Source: Calcarisporiella thermophila CBS 279.70 (Eukaryota > Fungi > Calcarisporiellomycota). Taken from it: a stretch of 64,000 nucleotides of DNA. The position numbers were made by a program, and so were the translations under genes. Under the pieces are notes generated by a model. It was not told where the DNA came from, ran no database searches, and saw nothing but the letters and a program-made list of their open reading frames with translations. Shown one piece after another: positions 42,704 through 55,923 of this stretch. Within the stretch, counting starts at the first letter, position 1. Each line of letters begins with the position of its first letter. The DNA lies in the NCBI RefSeq assembly GCF_041956535.1, contig NW_027192198.1, positions 97,043 through 161,042 on the forward strand, written 5' to 3'.

Positions 42704-43037
42704 GTTTAAAAAAAATGGAATGGATAACCGTTAAAAAAGATCTATCAAGGGTTCTATCCGAGTGTGTTTACGAAGTGAGACGAAAGCTAATAAAAATTCA
42801 AATGGCCAGAAGTGGCTTAGCATATTCTCTCATGGTGAATCCGGCAGACCAAAATTACGAAGCCAAGAAATAGTATTATGCATTTGAAATAGAATGGAAA
42901 AAGACAATAATTAATAGATAATGTATAAAAATCATACGAATTAAAAAAGAAAAATGGGATGATTGTAAACGGGATTTACGGGTAAAGCACATAGTAAAAC
43001 AAAATGCGCAACAAGAAAATTCAATACGTATTATTAT

Positions 43038-44014
43038 TTACACGGATTTTTCACCAGGGCCTAACACCAAGAATATCTGTCCATTACGTCGTTTGACACC
43101 GTCCAAAAATCGGTAGGCCTAAACCGTTCACAGGAGTATGAAATCGTCGGTTGATAAGTGGGCACCACAGGGTCAAGTAGGACATACTTACATCCTCCAG
43201 AGTCTCAAAACGCCTCGGATGCTCTAGCTTTGAATCAAGATCATATACATGGTCTCTAATCATCTTCACCGCAGACCAATGGTTCATCCGCCAGGGCCAG
43301 CGGTTCGTAGACGGTTGATTAATTATCACACCGCAGAGAGTATCACAAAACCGGATAGTGCGAACATCTGACATATACATAGATTGTATTGTTCCAGTCG
43401 TTGATATTTAGCAATAGAAGAAAGGGTGAGAGAATGGAATACCTTTTCGTGCATCGAACCATCGCATCTCCAACCCCACCCCGCGCAGCGCACACTCAAG
43501 TGTAGATATATCATAGTTCCCAAGCCCTAGAGGATTTTTATGGGGGTTAACTAAAAGTCGGGAATACGGCCCTAGTTCCTCTTGCTTGGTCTCTTCCAAC
43601 CCCAATTGGTGAGCGACTGCATCAAGATCTTTCTTAGTGAAAAGGGGCGCTTGCGCCTGAGAAGAATTTGCAGGTCAGCCATGCTTAGAAATCAGTGTCA
43701 TTTTACAAAACGACTCACCAAATTATTCAGAGCATGCTACAGTTTGGATTATTAAATGTCTAGAGATTATTAATTGCTACGCGTTGCTGATTAATGGCTG
43801 ATTTTACCTTTGCGCAGAACCACACTTGCTGCCGCTCATGATATATTCCCTCTTCATTCACCGCAGATTTGTGTTGCTGGATCCATTCCTTGCACCTTCG
43901 GACGGTTGCGCTCTTCTCCAACCAGGGCGTAGTGGAGGCGTTGTTTTTCTCATCGAGGTTGGCATGGACAGGGTCGTCACCGCCGTTATTGTCGGAGGAG
44001 GTGGTGGCGGCCAT
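43038..44014 (-). CDS. Josephin-domain deubiquitinase (JOSD1/2-like)
   Basis: IYHERQ, FCAKHALNNL (catalytic Cys), GNYD, NHW, DLDSKL; 5 exons including an 18-nt exon at 43719-43736. Confidence 0.88.
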
Positions 44015-44444
44015 TGAAATGCGGAAAGGAGTTCGCATTCCGGGTAACTGTTAACCTGATTTTTGCAATGTTATGTTTGTGGAGGTGTGAAAAGAGAGAG
44101 AGGATATACGTCTATTTTATCCATTTAAGCAACCGTCACGCCATGTGATCAACTGAGATCGGCCGATACACTAGTTTCAAACCTCGCTATTGGACTCGTC
44201 CGTATTTTTACCTGTAGATTTGATCTTTATATACAACGGCTTTAGGCTGAAGTGGAACGCTAAACACAAACACACAAAAGATAACAACAGATAAACAAAG
44301 TGTCACATAAGCGGGTGAAATACACGAAAAATTTAAAAAAAAATGTTTGTCCAACATGGGAATAAACACTGCAGATATTATGCTTGAAGTTATTCTTAAC
44401 TACAAATTTGAGTTGCGCGCTAACGATCTCTCCATGGACACCCC

Positions 44445-45746
44445 TCAGCCCTCCAAGTCCTGTACCTTCTCCCTCAACACGGCCATTTCCTCTCGTAGTC
44501 GCCGAGTCTCCTCCTTTTCTCGCTCCAAAGCCTCTTCCAACTCGGCCTCTCTAAAAATCTTGTTTTCCACCAACGTCTCAAGCTCTGCAATAGTACGGTC
44601 TAACCGCTCGATCTCTTGCTTAAACTCAAGTTCTCGTTGGCCCCACCCTAGAGCAGAATCTTCTTCACCTGGGCCTGCGGTACACTTTTCGATTTCTAAT
44701 CCTTTGATGTGAGTTTCTCGTGCATGGAGTTCCTTTCTCAACGCGTCCATTTTGTGTTGCTGCCGCCGACCCAACTCAGTCATGCCATGAAGTTCAGAGC
44801 GCATGCTACGTATTGTCGAGGCGAGGGATGATATTTCGTTTGCCTTCTCCCGCTCATTTCGGTCAAGGTCATTCTCGAGCTCCGCGACACGGTCACGCAA
44901 TGCCTGTCTTTCTGTTTGAGTGGTCGCGAGCTTCGATTCCATTTCAAACCAAGCGCGCTCCAGCGTCATACACCATTGTCTCAAGTTGGATCCGGTCCAA
45001 TTTGCTGGGGGAAGGCCGCCGATGGAGTCGATGTTTTTGTCGGATTTGTTGAACTCAGCGCCTGTAGTGTGAAAGGCTGGTGTTTTTTGCTCGTGTAAGG
45101 TCATATTTGCAGGGATAGAGGGGGGATCACGCGCCCAATCTTTTCCGTCTGCCATGGGTGCCGATTTGACTCCTATGCAAGCGCTACTATTAGGGGTTTT
45201 ATGCGTGGTGGTCTTCGGAGGAGTAGGAAACACGGTTGTCCTAATGCTGGGCGCTTTATTCATTTCATTTGCAATTGCTCCGTATCTGGATGTTGGCTGG
45301 GCTAACCTGTTTTTGAATGCGAAATTTTTTCCATCCCAGCTTGGCATATCTTTCTCTATCATTTGCATCGGCGGGGTTGTGGATCGTAGCGGTGGGAGCG
45401 GTATAATGGGTATGGGGATATATTCTCTCTCCGGCGAGGGTGAGCGTGGGCTAGACGAACCAGATGAGCTTGTATCTGTGCTTCGAGACAGGTGCAATCG
45501 TGATGAGTTGCTCCGTAGCATACCATGCTGCGAAGTTTGCTGCTGCTTCTTTGATGCCGCAAGCGCTTGAATTTTTGCAATGATTTCTGGATTCTCTTTG
45601 GCAATGGCTGCTTGGACTTGTCCCTGTGGAATGCGTCGAAGATTTGAGGTGCGGGTTGGAATCTGAGAACGGAATTTTGCGAAGCCCGGGGGTGGGATAC
45701 CTGAGGCTCTTTGAGGACGAGCCTGCTGTTTGGGGAGTTTGGTCAT
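44445..45746 (-). CDS. Hypothetical protein: basic Pro/Ser-rich N-region plus C-terminal coiled coil
   Basis: 433-aa intronless ORF; heptad region ending LETLVENKIFREAELE. Confidence 0.75.
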   Translation of the reverse strand: MTKLPKQQARPQRASGIPPPGFAKFRSQIPTRTSNLRRIPQGQVQAAIAKENPEIIAKIQALAASKKQQQTSQHGMLRSNSSRLHLSRSTDTSSSGSSSPRSPSPEREYIPIPIIPLPPLRSTTPPMQMIEKDMPSWDGKNFAFKNRLAQPTSRYGAIANEMNKAPSIRTTVFPTPPKTTTHKTPNSSACIGVKSAPMADGKDWARDPPSIPANMTLHEQKTPAFHTTGAEFNKSDKNIDSIGGLPPANWTGSNLRQWCMTLERAWFEMESKLATTQTERQALRDRVAELENDLDRNEREKANEISSLASTIRSMRSELHGMTELGRRQQHKMDALRKELHARETHIKGLEIEKCTAGPGEEDSALGWGQRELEFKQEIERLDRTIAELETLVENKIFREAELEEALEREKEETRRLREEMAVLREKVQDLEG

Positions 45747-46855
45747 TATAATTAAGGGAAAAAATCAAAGGAGTGGGATATCAGTAGCAAGATGGAATGG
45801 AATTGTAGTAAAAAATAAAATTGAGTCTTTTTTTACATTTTCAATCGTAGAGCAGGAGTGTGGGTATTTATATGATTGCTTCATTAACGTGAGCTCTGAA
45901 CATACATGAAATATGGTAGCACAGAATAGATCGGCATCATTAAATGCTGGTGTATTAAAGAGCGTCCATAATAGGATAATCGGAATCACGGCAATAAAGA
46001 ATAACTAAGTCATCGTCTTGGTATGCGGGCTAGCTGCAGGTGGCCGTGGGCAGCATGCGCGTTAAGTCTTATGGGCATGTCTCCATGGAGCCCAAGTGAG
46101 ATCGCTCTAATAAAACATCGAGGATATTCATTGATCTAACGTGCAACTGGAACGCTTTTCCTTTCATTAACTCTAAGAAGCCAGCTCTTTGAGAGAGAGC
46201 AGCGGTGTTATAAATGTGTAATGGCCTGAAATGGCCCTTTGTCTTGATACTTCCATTATTAAGAGTGAGCTTCAAATCACACTCATGAAAGTTCTTGGGC
46301 TTAATCAATATAGCATGTATGTTGACAGTGGAAGAGGGACGTAATTGATGTCACCTATTTTGCGCTTTTCACATCACTTGAAGTAATTCTTACCTCGAAG
46401 CACATAGCTAGAAGCCAGTCTGCTCGAGGCGGCATTAGAGAGCCTCGTCCTACTTAGTACCACTCATTTTATATGTATGTATGCATACAATCATCCGAGA
46501 TAATAAAGTCATAATGGTGATTTTCCTTATTCGCATATAGTTTAAAAACAGTGAAAACTGAAGCTAGGCGTTAGACATAGCCTATATTCAAAATTCTCAT
46601 AATGAAAGATGGACTAGACAACGTATCCGTGGAGTTGATTATATGGTCAGTACACGGCATTTACGACAACATGGGTTTATAATACGTTTTATATTATACA
46701 CGTAACTGCAGCACAGGGTTTAAATTTTACATAAATTGGTCGCATTTTCAAATCCAATTTGTAGAGGCCATTTTGGACGAGAGAATACAGAGGACATAGT
46801 GTTGCCAAGCGCTTCGTGATTTGTTGTGAATTCTTGTGGAGACTTACGAGCATTG

Positions 46856-47438
46856 ATGGCCACTCCACCCATCCAAGCGATTCTACCAAGATCGGATATA
46901 GAGGCGATCATAACGCGGCAAAAGGAACTCTGGAAACGCTTAGATAGTAATTAGAGCGTCATCCTGCGGTGGAATCCATCGAGTTTATTAACTGTGCTGA
47001 GTTGTAGTACTTGAACAGGCAGAAAATGGCCAAATGAACCTGAATAGTGACATATCCCCTTCTCCACAAAGTATTTTTGGTAAACATTATGCTGCATTTC
47101 AAAATATCATTCCAAAGAACTGATGTGCATCTCCAGCGACACCTCCTCAGATTGCCGACGACACTTCGTTTGCCACCCTCATCACCACCCTCCGAACCAC
47201 TTCTTCCCCAGAAGCACGCCTTGAAAAGCTTGCCCAGCTAACACATCTCATCACCTGGAAGCAGCTCATCGCGGTCCTGGCCGAGCTTCCGTTCATGGCG
47301 GAGAGGCGAAAAGCTGCATTGCTATTACGAGGACGAGTATGGAACTTGATTGCCCATAGGCCAAAGATCGAACAGGAGCTGGGAAGGTGGGAGTCGAGGG
47401 AGAGAAGGCTGGAAATAGTCAAGGCATTGTACAATTAG
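46856..47438 (+). CDS. Small protein with DUF4476-like helical domain (absent from the ORF track)
   Basis: Phase-consistent exons about 46856-46946, 47008-47079, 47137-47438; last exon DDTSFATLITTLR...RLEKL...ITWKQLIAVLAELPFMAERRKAALLL...ERRLEIVKAL. First exon uncertain. Confidence 0.55.
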
Positions 47439-47629
47439 CGCCTGTTACACTTTATTGTTCGGCATTGGTGTCGAGCGCTCTGCTCACATTATATATCCAA
47501 TAAAATAATAACTACAATGTAAAGTAGCAGTTTTACAGTGATAAAGAAATCTGGAAAAGCGAGGGAATTTTGGAAATAGGCATAGTTACTCCCTGTTCAT
47601 CGAGGAGTATTCTACTGCACGGGCGGCTT

Positions 47630-49686
47630 CTATAGCAGTCGCAAGTTTTTGAGCAGAAGCGTCAGGAGAAGCGCGAAGACCAGCATGAATGAGAGCAAGG
47701 CAAAGAAATAAGTTAAATCGTCTCGTCCTTCACCGGGGACCCTTACGTTCATACCCCACAGACCTACATAGAGAGGCGATGCAGAAAAAGGAGATGAATA
47801 AAAACTTGGGAGTTCCCGTTGCTGTTCCTACTTGTGAACTACTCACCGGTGACCAAATTCATCGGAAGTATGACACTTCCTAGAGCCGTCAATTTGGTGA
47901 GCATATCATTTGTGTCGTTGCTATTCATCGTTGCGTCAATGCTGATCTGAGCTAAATAATTGGAATGCGACCGAGAGGATATTTTCTCGTAGTGACTAAG
48001 CGATTGCACCATGGTAAGGATGTGGTCTATGGAGCAAAAGGGCGTAAGATCTACTGCCTAAAGATTCCTCTCCCAACCACGGCACTCGCAAGATATTCTC
48101 CGCCTACCTTGCACATCCCCCAAGTACAGCGCAACTTCTGGATTTTCACATCGCTTTATTAGGCCGCGGAGTACATCCGTCTTATTCCCAAGTAGCCGCA
48201 GCATGCCCATCATCTTTTTGCGCGCATACCCGATACGACGCAGCATGTCCGATTGCTCACTCTCTTTGAGAATCAAAACGAGTTCATCGATCGAGTCAAC
48301 CTCAAACTCGATGGACCGAATGATGGGGGCGAAGCTTTAAAAGAAGAATAAGCATGATCATTTAAACACGACCCTGTATAAGTTGCGCATACCTATCGGT
48401 GATGTCATCTAGCAATGCGTAGTTGATCCATTCTATCACGGAAGGCTTCATCATTTAGTCTCTCATGGATATACTGTGCAAGCACAATCATTCTCTCAAG
48501 TACCTGGAGTTACATCAATGTAGTCCTTCAATATCTTAATGCGCCTTCGCACATTAGCTGGGTGCTGAATGGATCGGAAGTGAACCTAGAATAGCAATGA
48601 GTTAGCGCAATTCCCTTCGCCAACTCAACCACTGCAATAGCACACCGTCAAAATTCCTTCTTTCATCACTATCATGTACATGTTCACCGGTTGCAGGTAA
48701 TCGGGTGCGTAATGATCGCTCTCATAGCTCTGGAAGCACACAAAATTGTAGTTTTTGAATACATCGCACTTCTCGCGCGCTTCCTCCATCAGGATATCTT
48801 CGATCGTCAGTGGGTGGATGCGGAAGATGCGGCCGAACGCTGTCATCTCATCATCCGTCGGCGAAAGTATATCCAGCCAAAAGCAACCTGCTTGCAACAT
48901 TTCGGAAAGAGAAGTGCCTGAGGATGGGATCTCGTGGAGCGAACGGGCATGGACCGTACTGGTAGCGGTGGAATAGAAAGTGAATCGGAACGGGGTGTCA
49001 GCCGCCTTAGAAGAGGTGAGGCAAAAAAAAAAAGAAATCCTGGTCATCCTTCTGCCGGCTTCCATGCAACTCTACAAAATTACCTTGTCGGTCGTCTCAC
49101 CATATAAATTCTGCTTTTTCCGCCCAGCTATGTATGGAGATCCCATCTCTCTTCTTACCGAAGCTGGTGACTCTCCGAATTCCGATCGTTCTAAGGATAT
49201 GTATTCCTCAAGGGCATCGTAATCTATCCCTCGTCGATTTCCTTCCACTCCGGGGAAACATACATCATTCTCGACCGATTCGCGCCTGCTCAATGGCTCC
49301 GCATCCGATCCCGGAAACTCCGAATCGGCCTCGTTGATGCCAACATCGATGAGGAGACTCTGCCTATCATTAAGATGGGATGGGATGAAATGAGAAGAGG
49401 CATGGGGAACATCATTGTTGGAGGAGGCTCGGGCAATATTATTGGAAGAGCTGGAACGGGACTTTGAGCCTGAGCGGTGCGAGGTGCGAGAGCTGGTTAT
49501 GGCAGGATCGAGGAACGGCTCGTCTCTATTGCTACTATTGCTGGAATGCAGGCGGGATCCAGAGTAGGTGCTCCTGCGTTGGGGGGGTGAGTGGCGATGC
49601 GCCTCTAACAAAGGATCGCGCTCTTCGCTCGCATCTGGGGAAGTAGCGCGAGATGAAAAGCCCTCATGACTGAAATAATCCGCCAT
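47630..49686 (-). CDS. CorA-family Mg2+ transporter (Alr1/Mnr2-like)
   Basis: FWLDILSPT, IHPLTIEDI, EWINYALLDDITD, ALYLGDVQDH, PMNLVTGLWGMNVRVPG; multi-exon. Confidence 0.92.
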
Positions 49687-50356
49687 TTTCCAGAGAAAAA
49701 ATAAAAGCTGGTCCTTCAAGAGGCACTTGGGGGAGGTCTGAGAGCGGAAAAGGGATAGATTACAATAGAAAAATAATAAGGAGAAGGGGCGGCGAAAAAC
49801 AGAGCAAGATTCAAGGAGTTTTATCGCACAAATCTACCAGGTGATCCCTTTTAAGCAAGTCTGAACAGAAGGGAGGAAAACGGAGAGGAAATCGATGTTT
49901 GCCACTTCTCAGCTCGTGTAATTTGAGTCACGACGGATTGTCAGAAACGGTGGATACTAGGTTTACTCTTCTGTGCGCTAAACGGCCTGCAACAAGCCGC
50001 AAGGGTGATCTTAGCTGTACTCTATCTCGTTGGATTTTGATCCCATATCTCATTTTCCTGCATGGGGATCGCACCAATGGGCCGCATGGAGAGGAGGGAG
50101 GGATAGTCGAGTGATAATTGAAATGTCCAGATATTTTTACGAAAAGAAGTCGAAAAAAAAAATAAGAAAATAAAATAAAAAGAGGGAAAATCTAACAAAG
50201 GGTAAAAAAGGAGAAAATGGAGAAAAGGCGAATAAAATATATATAATATTAACTCTTATTTGAAGGGTGGGGGAAGGTGGGTGTAGAAGGGCGTAGAATA
50301 AAACAATGGGACGGGTCGCGAGTTCTCTCCAAAAATACTCTCCTCAGAAATGCAAA

Positions 50357-52061
50357 TTAGCGCCTGGTTCCCAGATATTGAGAGACAAAGATTGAAGCCT
50401 TCATGAATCTAATGGATGATGCGGCCGTTAGCAATGGAAAGGAGGGAAAATGAAAATGGGTGCAAAAGATGCGGGGTCTAACCTCTTGTCTGCATATTTT
50501 TCGAAGATGGCCGCATGCTTCTTAGGGTGTCTAAGCAGCTCGACAGTTAACCGCACGACGGGCTGGATTTCTTCCTCAGTATACCCCGAATAATACTGAT
50601 GTGCTCGTGTCTAGCATGATTTATCCATGATTGAGTATTTCAACGGGCAAGATTCACTCAACTGATAACCGAGCACTTACCCAATCACCCTTATTAAGCA
50701 TGCTCCGCGCCAAGTAGTGCCCTGCAGCTGCCAATAGAGAGGTTGGATACGGCAGGAATCGCTCGTCCATCAGGGTGACCTCGATGAGATACTTGGCAAG
50801 CGTTCGGGTCTGCAGATCATATTCATCGGCCTTTGAAATTCGACGCAGGAAGCTATAGGGGCCCGGCCAGCCGAGCTCAAACCTGAGTTGGTTGAGCATG
50901 AACCGCTCGGCCTTTAGAACCTCCTCAGCCGTATAGCCATTGTCAACCATGTAGACGATTTCCGAGACCGAAGGGCATTGGATTTCCTCCACCTTCGCGG
51001 CGATAAACAGGGCAGCGGCGCCCACCAGCTGCAGCTTTTGGAGGGCGACCACTTTGACGGAGAGAAAGCGATCGATGATGTTGATGCAGAGGAAGAGGGT
51101 TTCGGGGAGCAGATGGAAGCGCCCGTGCACTTGGACAAGCCAGTCCACCAAAATTCCGCGCATGCTCCACTCGATCTCGGTCTGGCGCTGCATATAGTTC
51201 GGATCGGGCATATATTTCAACTGAAATGGAGTGAGGAGAGGGAGAAGAGAAAAATGAGTCTCCGTATAATTGCTGGAGAGCAGGATTTGCAGGGGAACCG
51301 CTTACCTCCAACTCGCGCAAATACTGGAATATCTCTTTGGAGTACTCGCCGACCATGGTTGTGTCCAAGTAGTCGATCTCTTCCACAAAGCCGTCCTCTT
51401 CGACGCCAGCGATTTCCTCCTCTTCCACCGTTTCTCCTACCGCCGCCGTCCCCTCCTCCACCGCCTTTTCTTCGTCCACCTCCATCAGCTCTGCGTCCTG
51501 GTCGACCGGCTCAGGCTCGGCGCAGGCAACCACGTCCGTCTCCTCCTCCTCGCACACCCTACCTCGGCGGGTGCGCATAGAAATAGAGCTGGTGGTGCGC
51601 GCATGCACTGTGGTGCGCGTGACCTTGGTGGTTGCGGTGGGGAGCTTCGACGACTTTGATGCAGAGATGCGAACACGCCCCGTGGCTGTGGTACGCGGTT
51701 TGGAGGTCTTGGCTTCCTTTCCTGTCTCCCTCTGAACCTATATGTGGAGGGTTCATCCAAAAAACGCGTTAGCATGGGCACCGGACGCGTAAAGATTCAC
51801 ATTTTAACGCGTCAAATTTCAAGCAACACGTACATTTGAGTTTTCCTCCACCGTCGTTAGCGCGCTCCTACGTGTTCTAGTTGTGGGTATTTTGCCCGTC
51901 TTCTTCGCGTCGCCATCCTTCCCCGCTTGTTGTTTATGCGTGGCGGTGACGTCTATGTGCTTTTTGAGCTCCTTGGGCACGAGTGCCGCCGGAGCAGAGT
52001 TTTCGTCGGTGGGCGCGGAGCGTTTGAGCAAGGGACGCGTCGAGATATGAGTAGTGGACAT
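50357..52061 (-). CDS. B-type cyclin (Clb3/4/Cig1-like)
   Basis: D-box RSALTTVEEN; cyclin box MRGILVDWL...LLPETLFL...KLQLVG...AKVEE; SFLRRISKA; 5 exons. Confidence 0.93.
51764..51812. promoter_or_regulatory. Cluster of three MCB boxes (ACGCGT) in cyclin intron 1
   Basis: ACGCGT at 51764, 51785 and 51807 within intron 51738-51833. Confidence 0.55.
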
Positions 52062-53770
52062 GGGGGGGAGCGTTTGTTAGGATAGTATGAACTTTAAGAC
52101 CAGATATATGTTCTTAATTAATAAAACTTGGCGGGGATCGGTTTTGGAAGCAAAATTCACTCCAAGCTCTGGGATTGGAAGAAAAGGAGATGGGTCAAAA
52201 GTGGAACTGGGAGTCAATGGGATGGGGTGGGGGAGGGTCCCTTTTTCTCCTCGATCAATCAAACAAATCAATCAAATTAAGAGCCGCTAGAGCGGGGAAG
52301 TAGCTAGTATGATGTATTATAGGCAGGCAGGTATTTTACAGAATGGGTGAGGATATAGGATAGGAGTCAGCTTAGAACATGATGTGAATGTAAATAATGG
52401 TATGATTGATTAGGTGAAGAAGAGAGAGAGAAAGAGAGAAAGGGAAGTGCATTTTTCAATTATCAATTTCGGTTCAACATTCTCTGCTGCGAAAGATTTC
52501 ACAAAAAACGCATTCTCTGGCTGGCTGAAATTCACCATAATAATTTAGAGTTCATTAAAGCTTAACCGCCTGTCTTGTGCAGAAAAGGGCGAGCGCGTTC
52601 CTATAGCCACTTGGGAAGCAAGAGCTAGTATCATGGAGAGAGGGGCCTCTCACTTTCCCATTTTCCCCTCTCGCCTTGCCCCCCTCCGATGTCCAGGGAG
52701 AGAGGCATCATGGTAGAGCCCGTGACAATGACAAAATTCCAGATATCAGAATCCAATTTAAAATTCCCCTAACTATACTCGATAAATTTTGTCCGTATAG
52801 CACTCTGAGGGATACAGAGATGTGAGCAAATCTATGCAAAAGCGGCCTCGTGCAAGTGCGGTTGAAATAGAAAAATAATACATCCACATCTCATCAATCA
52901 TTTCGTTAAAACCCACTGCTGCCATCAATAGCAGGCATACATATTGACGCGCCCGCGGCAACATACAAGGATGTTATCGTTTAATTGACTGTAAATTGTG
53001 ATTAAGCTCATCTCATCTCAACCCAATCCATAATCACCGATAAAGTTCTCCATCAAGAACTCCATTGCTATAACTATTCCCCATCTCATTTGCATTTAAT
53101 ATTCAATACTTATTATGGTCGGAGGGAACGTGTCTCGTGCGGAGGTCCAATAGTAATAAGTTGAATTTAGATTGGCAAATCTCTCTAATTACAGAGCTTG
53201 GAGTCAAACTCATTGAAGAATGGCCTAATTTGATAACCATTGCTAAGCTGTGTACAAATTTCAAAACAAAATAATTAACAATAAGTGTGTAAGAGCACTA
53301 AGTATAGTGCAATAACCTACTCATATTACACAGCTTCTCACCCATTTTTCCCCAGAAAAAAAATGTTCATTCGAAAGTTATTGAGATATTCTCTCTTGCA
53401 TAAAAAGAGAACGATAATATTTCCCGAATTATGAAATAAAACTAGACTCAACCCCATTTTTTGTAATGTCTTCTGGGGAGCGAAGAAAAAGCGAAGAGAA
53501 TTCGTTCTATTTTGATTAGAAAGCAAGACAAGTTGTCAATCAAATAATGAAAAGGCTACATAATGGGCCATCCTGTACATTAAGTTGCAACTCGAAGCTG
53601 AATAGTTTGAAGATTTGACCCTCCCCATTTTATCGACTCGAACTGGAGCCATTAGGGAACACGGCTGTCATTGAATGTAATCTCAAATAATAACATTTTC
53701 GATTTAGAGCAGTCACACTCACCGGACACGTTTGGATACGCTATCCTCCCGCCTTAACGGTCTCCATAAA

Positions 53771-55077
53771 ATGTCCTTTGATATCCACTGGGAGAAGCTG
53801 GATGCTTCTGTGGGCGCCCAGGTCAAGGCCATACTCAACCGCCATTTCTCCTCTATCCGTAAACCTGATTTCCTCGGCGACATAGAAATCGCCGAATTTA
53901 GTTTTGGAACGATACCCCCCCAGATCGAGATCGTCGAAATAGGAGATCCGTTCCCAGAATTCTACCTTCCATCCGATGATGAACTCGAGGAGGATGAGGA
54001 GACTGCTGAGCTCGACGATGATGGGAGGGATCGGGTTACCGGGAGAGATGTGATGCTAAGTGAGCATGAAATGGAGGTGACCGATGCTTTGGATCGGCAC
54101 ACATCCATAAGTGAGGAAGGTCCATTTCGTATATCACATCTTAGTAGTCGAAGTAGCCGCCAGGATCATCAGAGAGACAGAAACAAGGCTGTTTTTGATA
54201 ACGATCTAGATCAGTCATTTATGGAAGACCGCCATTCCAATTCCTCCCAACAATTTGGCACTTCAAATGCGTTTGGTATTACTCGGCTTGGAGTTGCAGA
54301 TGAGGTGGAGAGTCATTATTTTGCATCAAGCTATCTGAGCACGACTGCGTCTGAAAGACATTCGCTGTCACGCAGGACAAGTGCCTCAGACGGCTCTTAC
54401 CTCGAAGCCAAATCAATGGGTAGTAGACCGCATAATTCTGGTAGAAGCCAGCAGAGCATGGGGGAGGAGTCAGAAGCAGCTGCAGCTGAAGCTGAGAAAG
54501 AGAACTTGGACGCACAGGTGCAAGTTCAGATACAATACAAAGGTAATATGAGACTGACTATATTGACAGAACTGCGTGTGAACTATCCGAGCGTGATGTT
54601 CATGGCCTTGCCGGTGCAGCTAACGGTAACTGGGCTTTCATTCAATGGTAAGTTTTTGGCCTTCTTTTCCAAGTCCCCAGCCAATTTTCCCATGGAGTTC
54701 CGTCTTTAGCTACCGCCGTGATTGCCTATTTGCGCCGAAGAATTAACTTCTGTTTCCTAGAGCCAAGTGACCCCAAGGAAAGGTCAGTGAAACAGGCTGG
54801 TCTCGGCATTCTTGAAGTAGTGATGGACTGAATCATCTCCTATAGCCTACTCACCGACATTCGCATAGAATCCGAGATAGGAGACAAGAAAAAACAAGGT
54901 ATTTGAGTGATCCTCGAGTTCGCTTGTCTTCTTTCATTATCTCTCACTCAAGATCTGAGATATATAGTATTGAAAAATGTGGGCAAAGTGGAAAGATTCA
55001 TCGTTGAGCAATTACGCAAGTTCATCGATGAGGATTTTGTATTCCCCAGTTACCACTCCATTCGGCTTGACCCATAG
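53771..55077 (+). CDS. MDM12: ERMES subunit Mdm12 (SMP domain)
   Basis: MSFDIHWEKL, FSFGTIPP, DPFPEFY, VNYPSVMFMALPV, IESEIGD, VLKNVGKVERFI; 4 exons. Confidence 0.93.
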
Positions 55078-55575
55078 CGAAAGGACGAAAATAAGTTATG
55101 AAGCTTTGACAATTGACGTGGAAAAGGACCCCCGTTCCTGCTCGGAAGTCATCCTCCCCCCACAAGTTTATCCTATTGTGCTGCCCATTTTGAAGAAGCT
55201 GATATAAATTTTAAAGGTTCATTTTAATATACTCTTGTTTGAGTTGTATATATTGAAAATAATTATAAGAGAGAGTTTTTTATTATGTATAAAAACGTGT
55301 TCCTTTTTCTTTACTTATCCCTCAACCTACTTGTTTATAATATCTTGGCGACCTGTTCATATATGAAGAATGAGTCCGTAACCCATTGCATTTTTCACGA
55401 GAAACTATATCTGCCAGTATCTCATGAGCCTAGTGATTCGGCTACTCTTTCACTCTCGCTCGAAAAAAATTTTTTATCATAGCATAGGACTATATTAAAA
55501 GAATCCTACACATAGGAACAGTAGGATGGATTTCTACGTCAAAATCACCAAGCTAATGCTCTTGACCCACTTAGA

Positions 55576-55877
55576 TTTTTTTCTTTGATCAATCAATGGA
55601 AACATTTTATTTAATTTCCATATATTACATGAAGCTAATGTCAATGGACTTAACATGACGAGATATAGGTCTTTGATAGATAGGCGTTCAATCGATATGC
55701 GTGTATCGTAGTGGTCGTGAATAGCCTGTACGTGAAACCGATGTAAGCTTCGTACTTTTCGTAGGAGCGATCTTTTCGAGAGTGAAGACTCAATTTCTGA
55801 ACAAGTGGACAGCAGTCACAAACTAAAAGTAAGTGCTGGTGGGGGAAGTGGGATTCGAACCCACGCCGTTCTCGTCG
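55576..55877 (-). mobile_element. 5'-truncated tRNA-headed SINE-like retrocopy (copy 1) with A-rich tail
   Basis: Flanked by direct repeat CTTGACCCACTTAGA(TTT) at 55561 and 55878; the minus-strand 3' end has AATAAA (55611-55606) then AAAGAAAAAAA; about 88% identical (18 mismatches in 151 nt, ungapped) to copy 2. Confidence 0.75.
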
Positions 55878-55923
55878 CTTGACCCACTTAGATTTAGTGA
55901 GATAGAGGGTAAAAAGCACCAAA

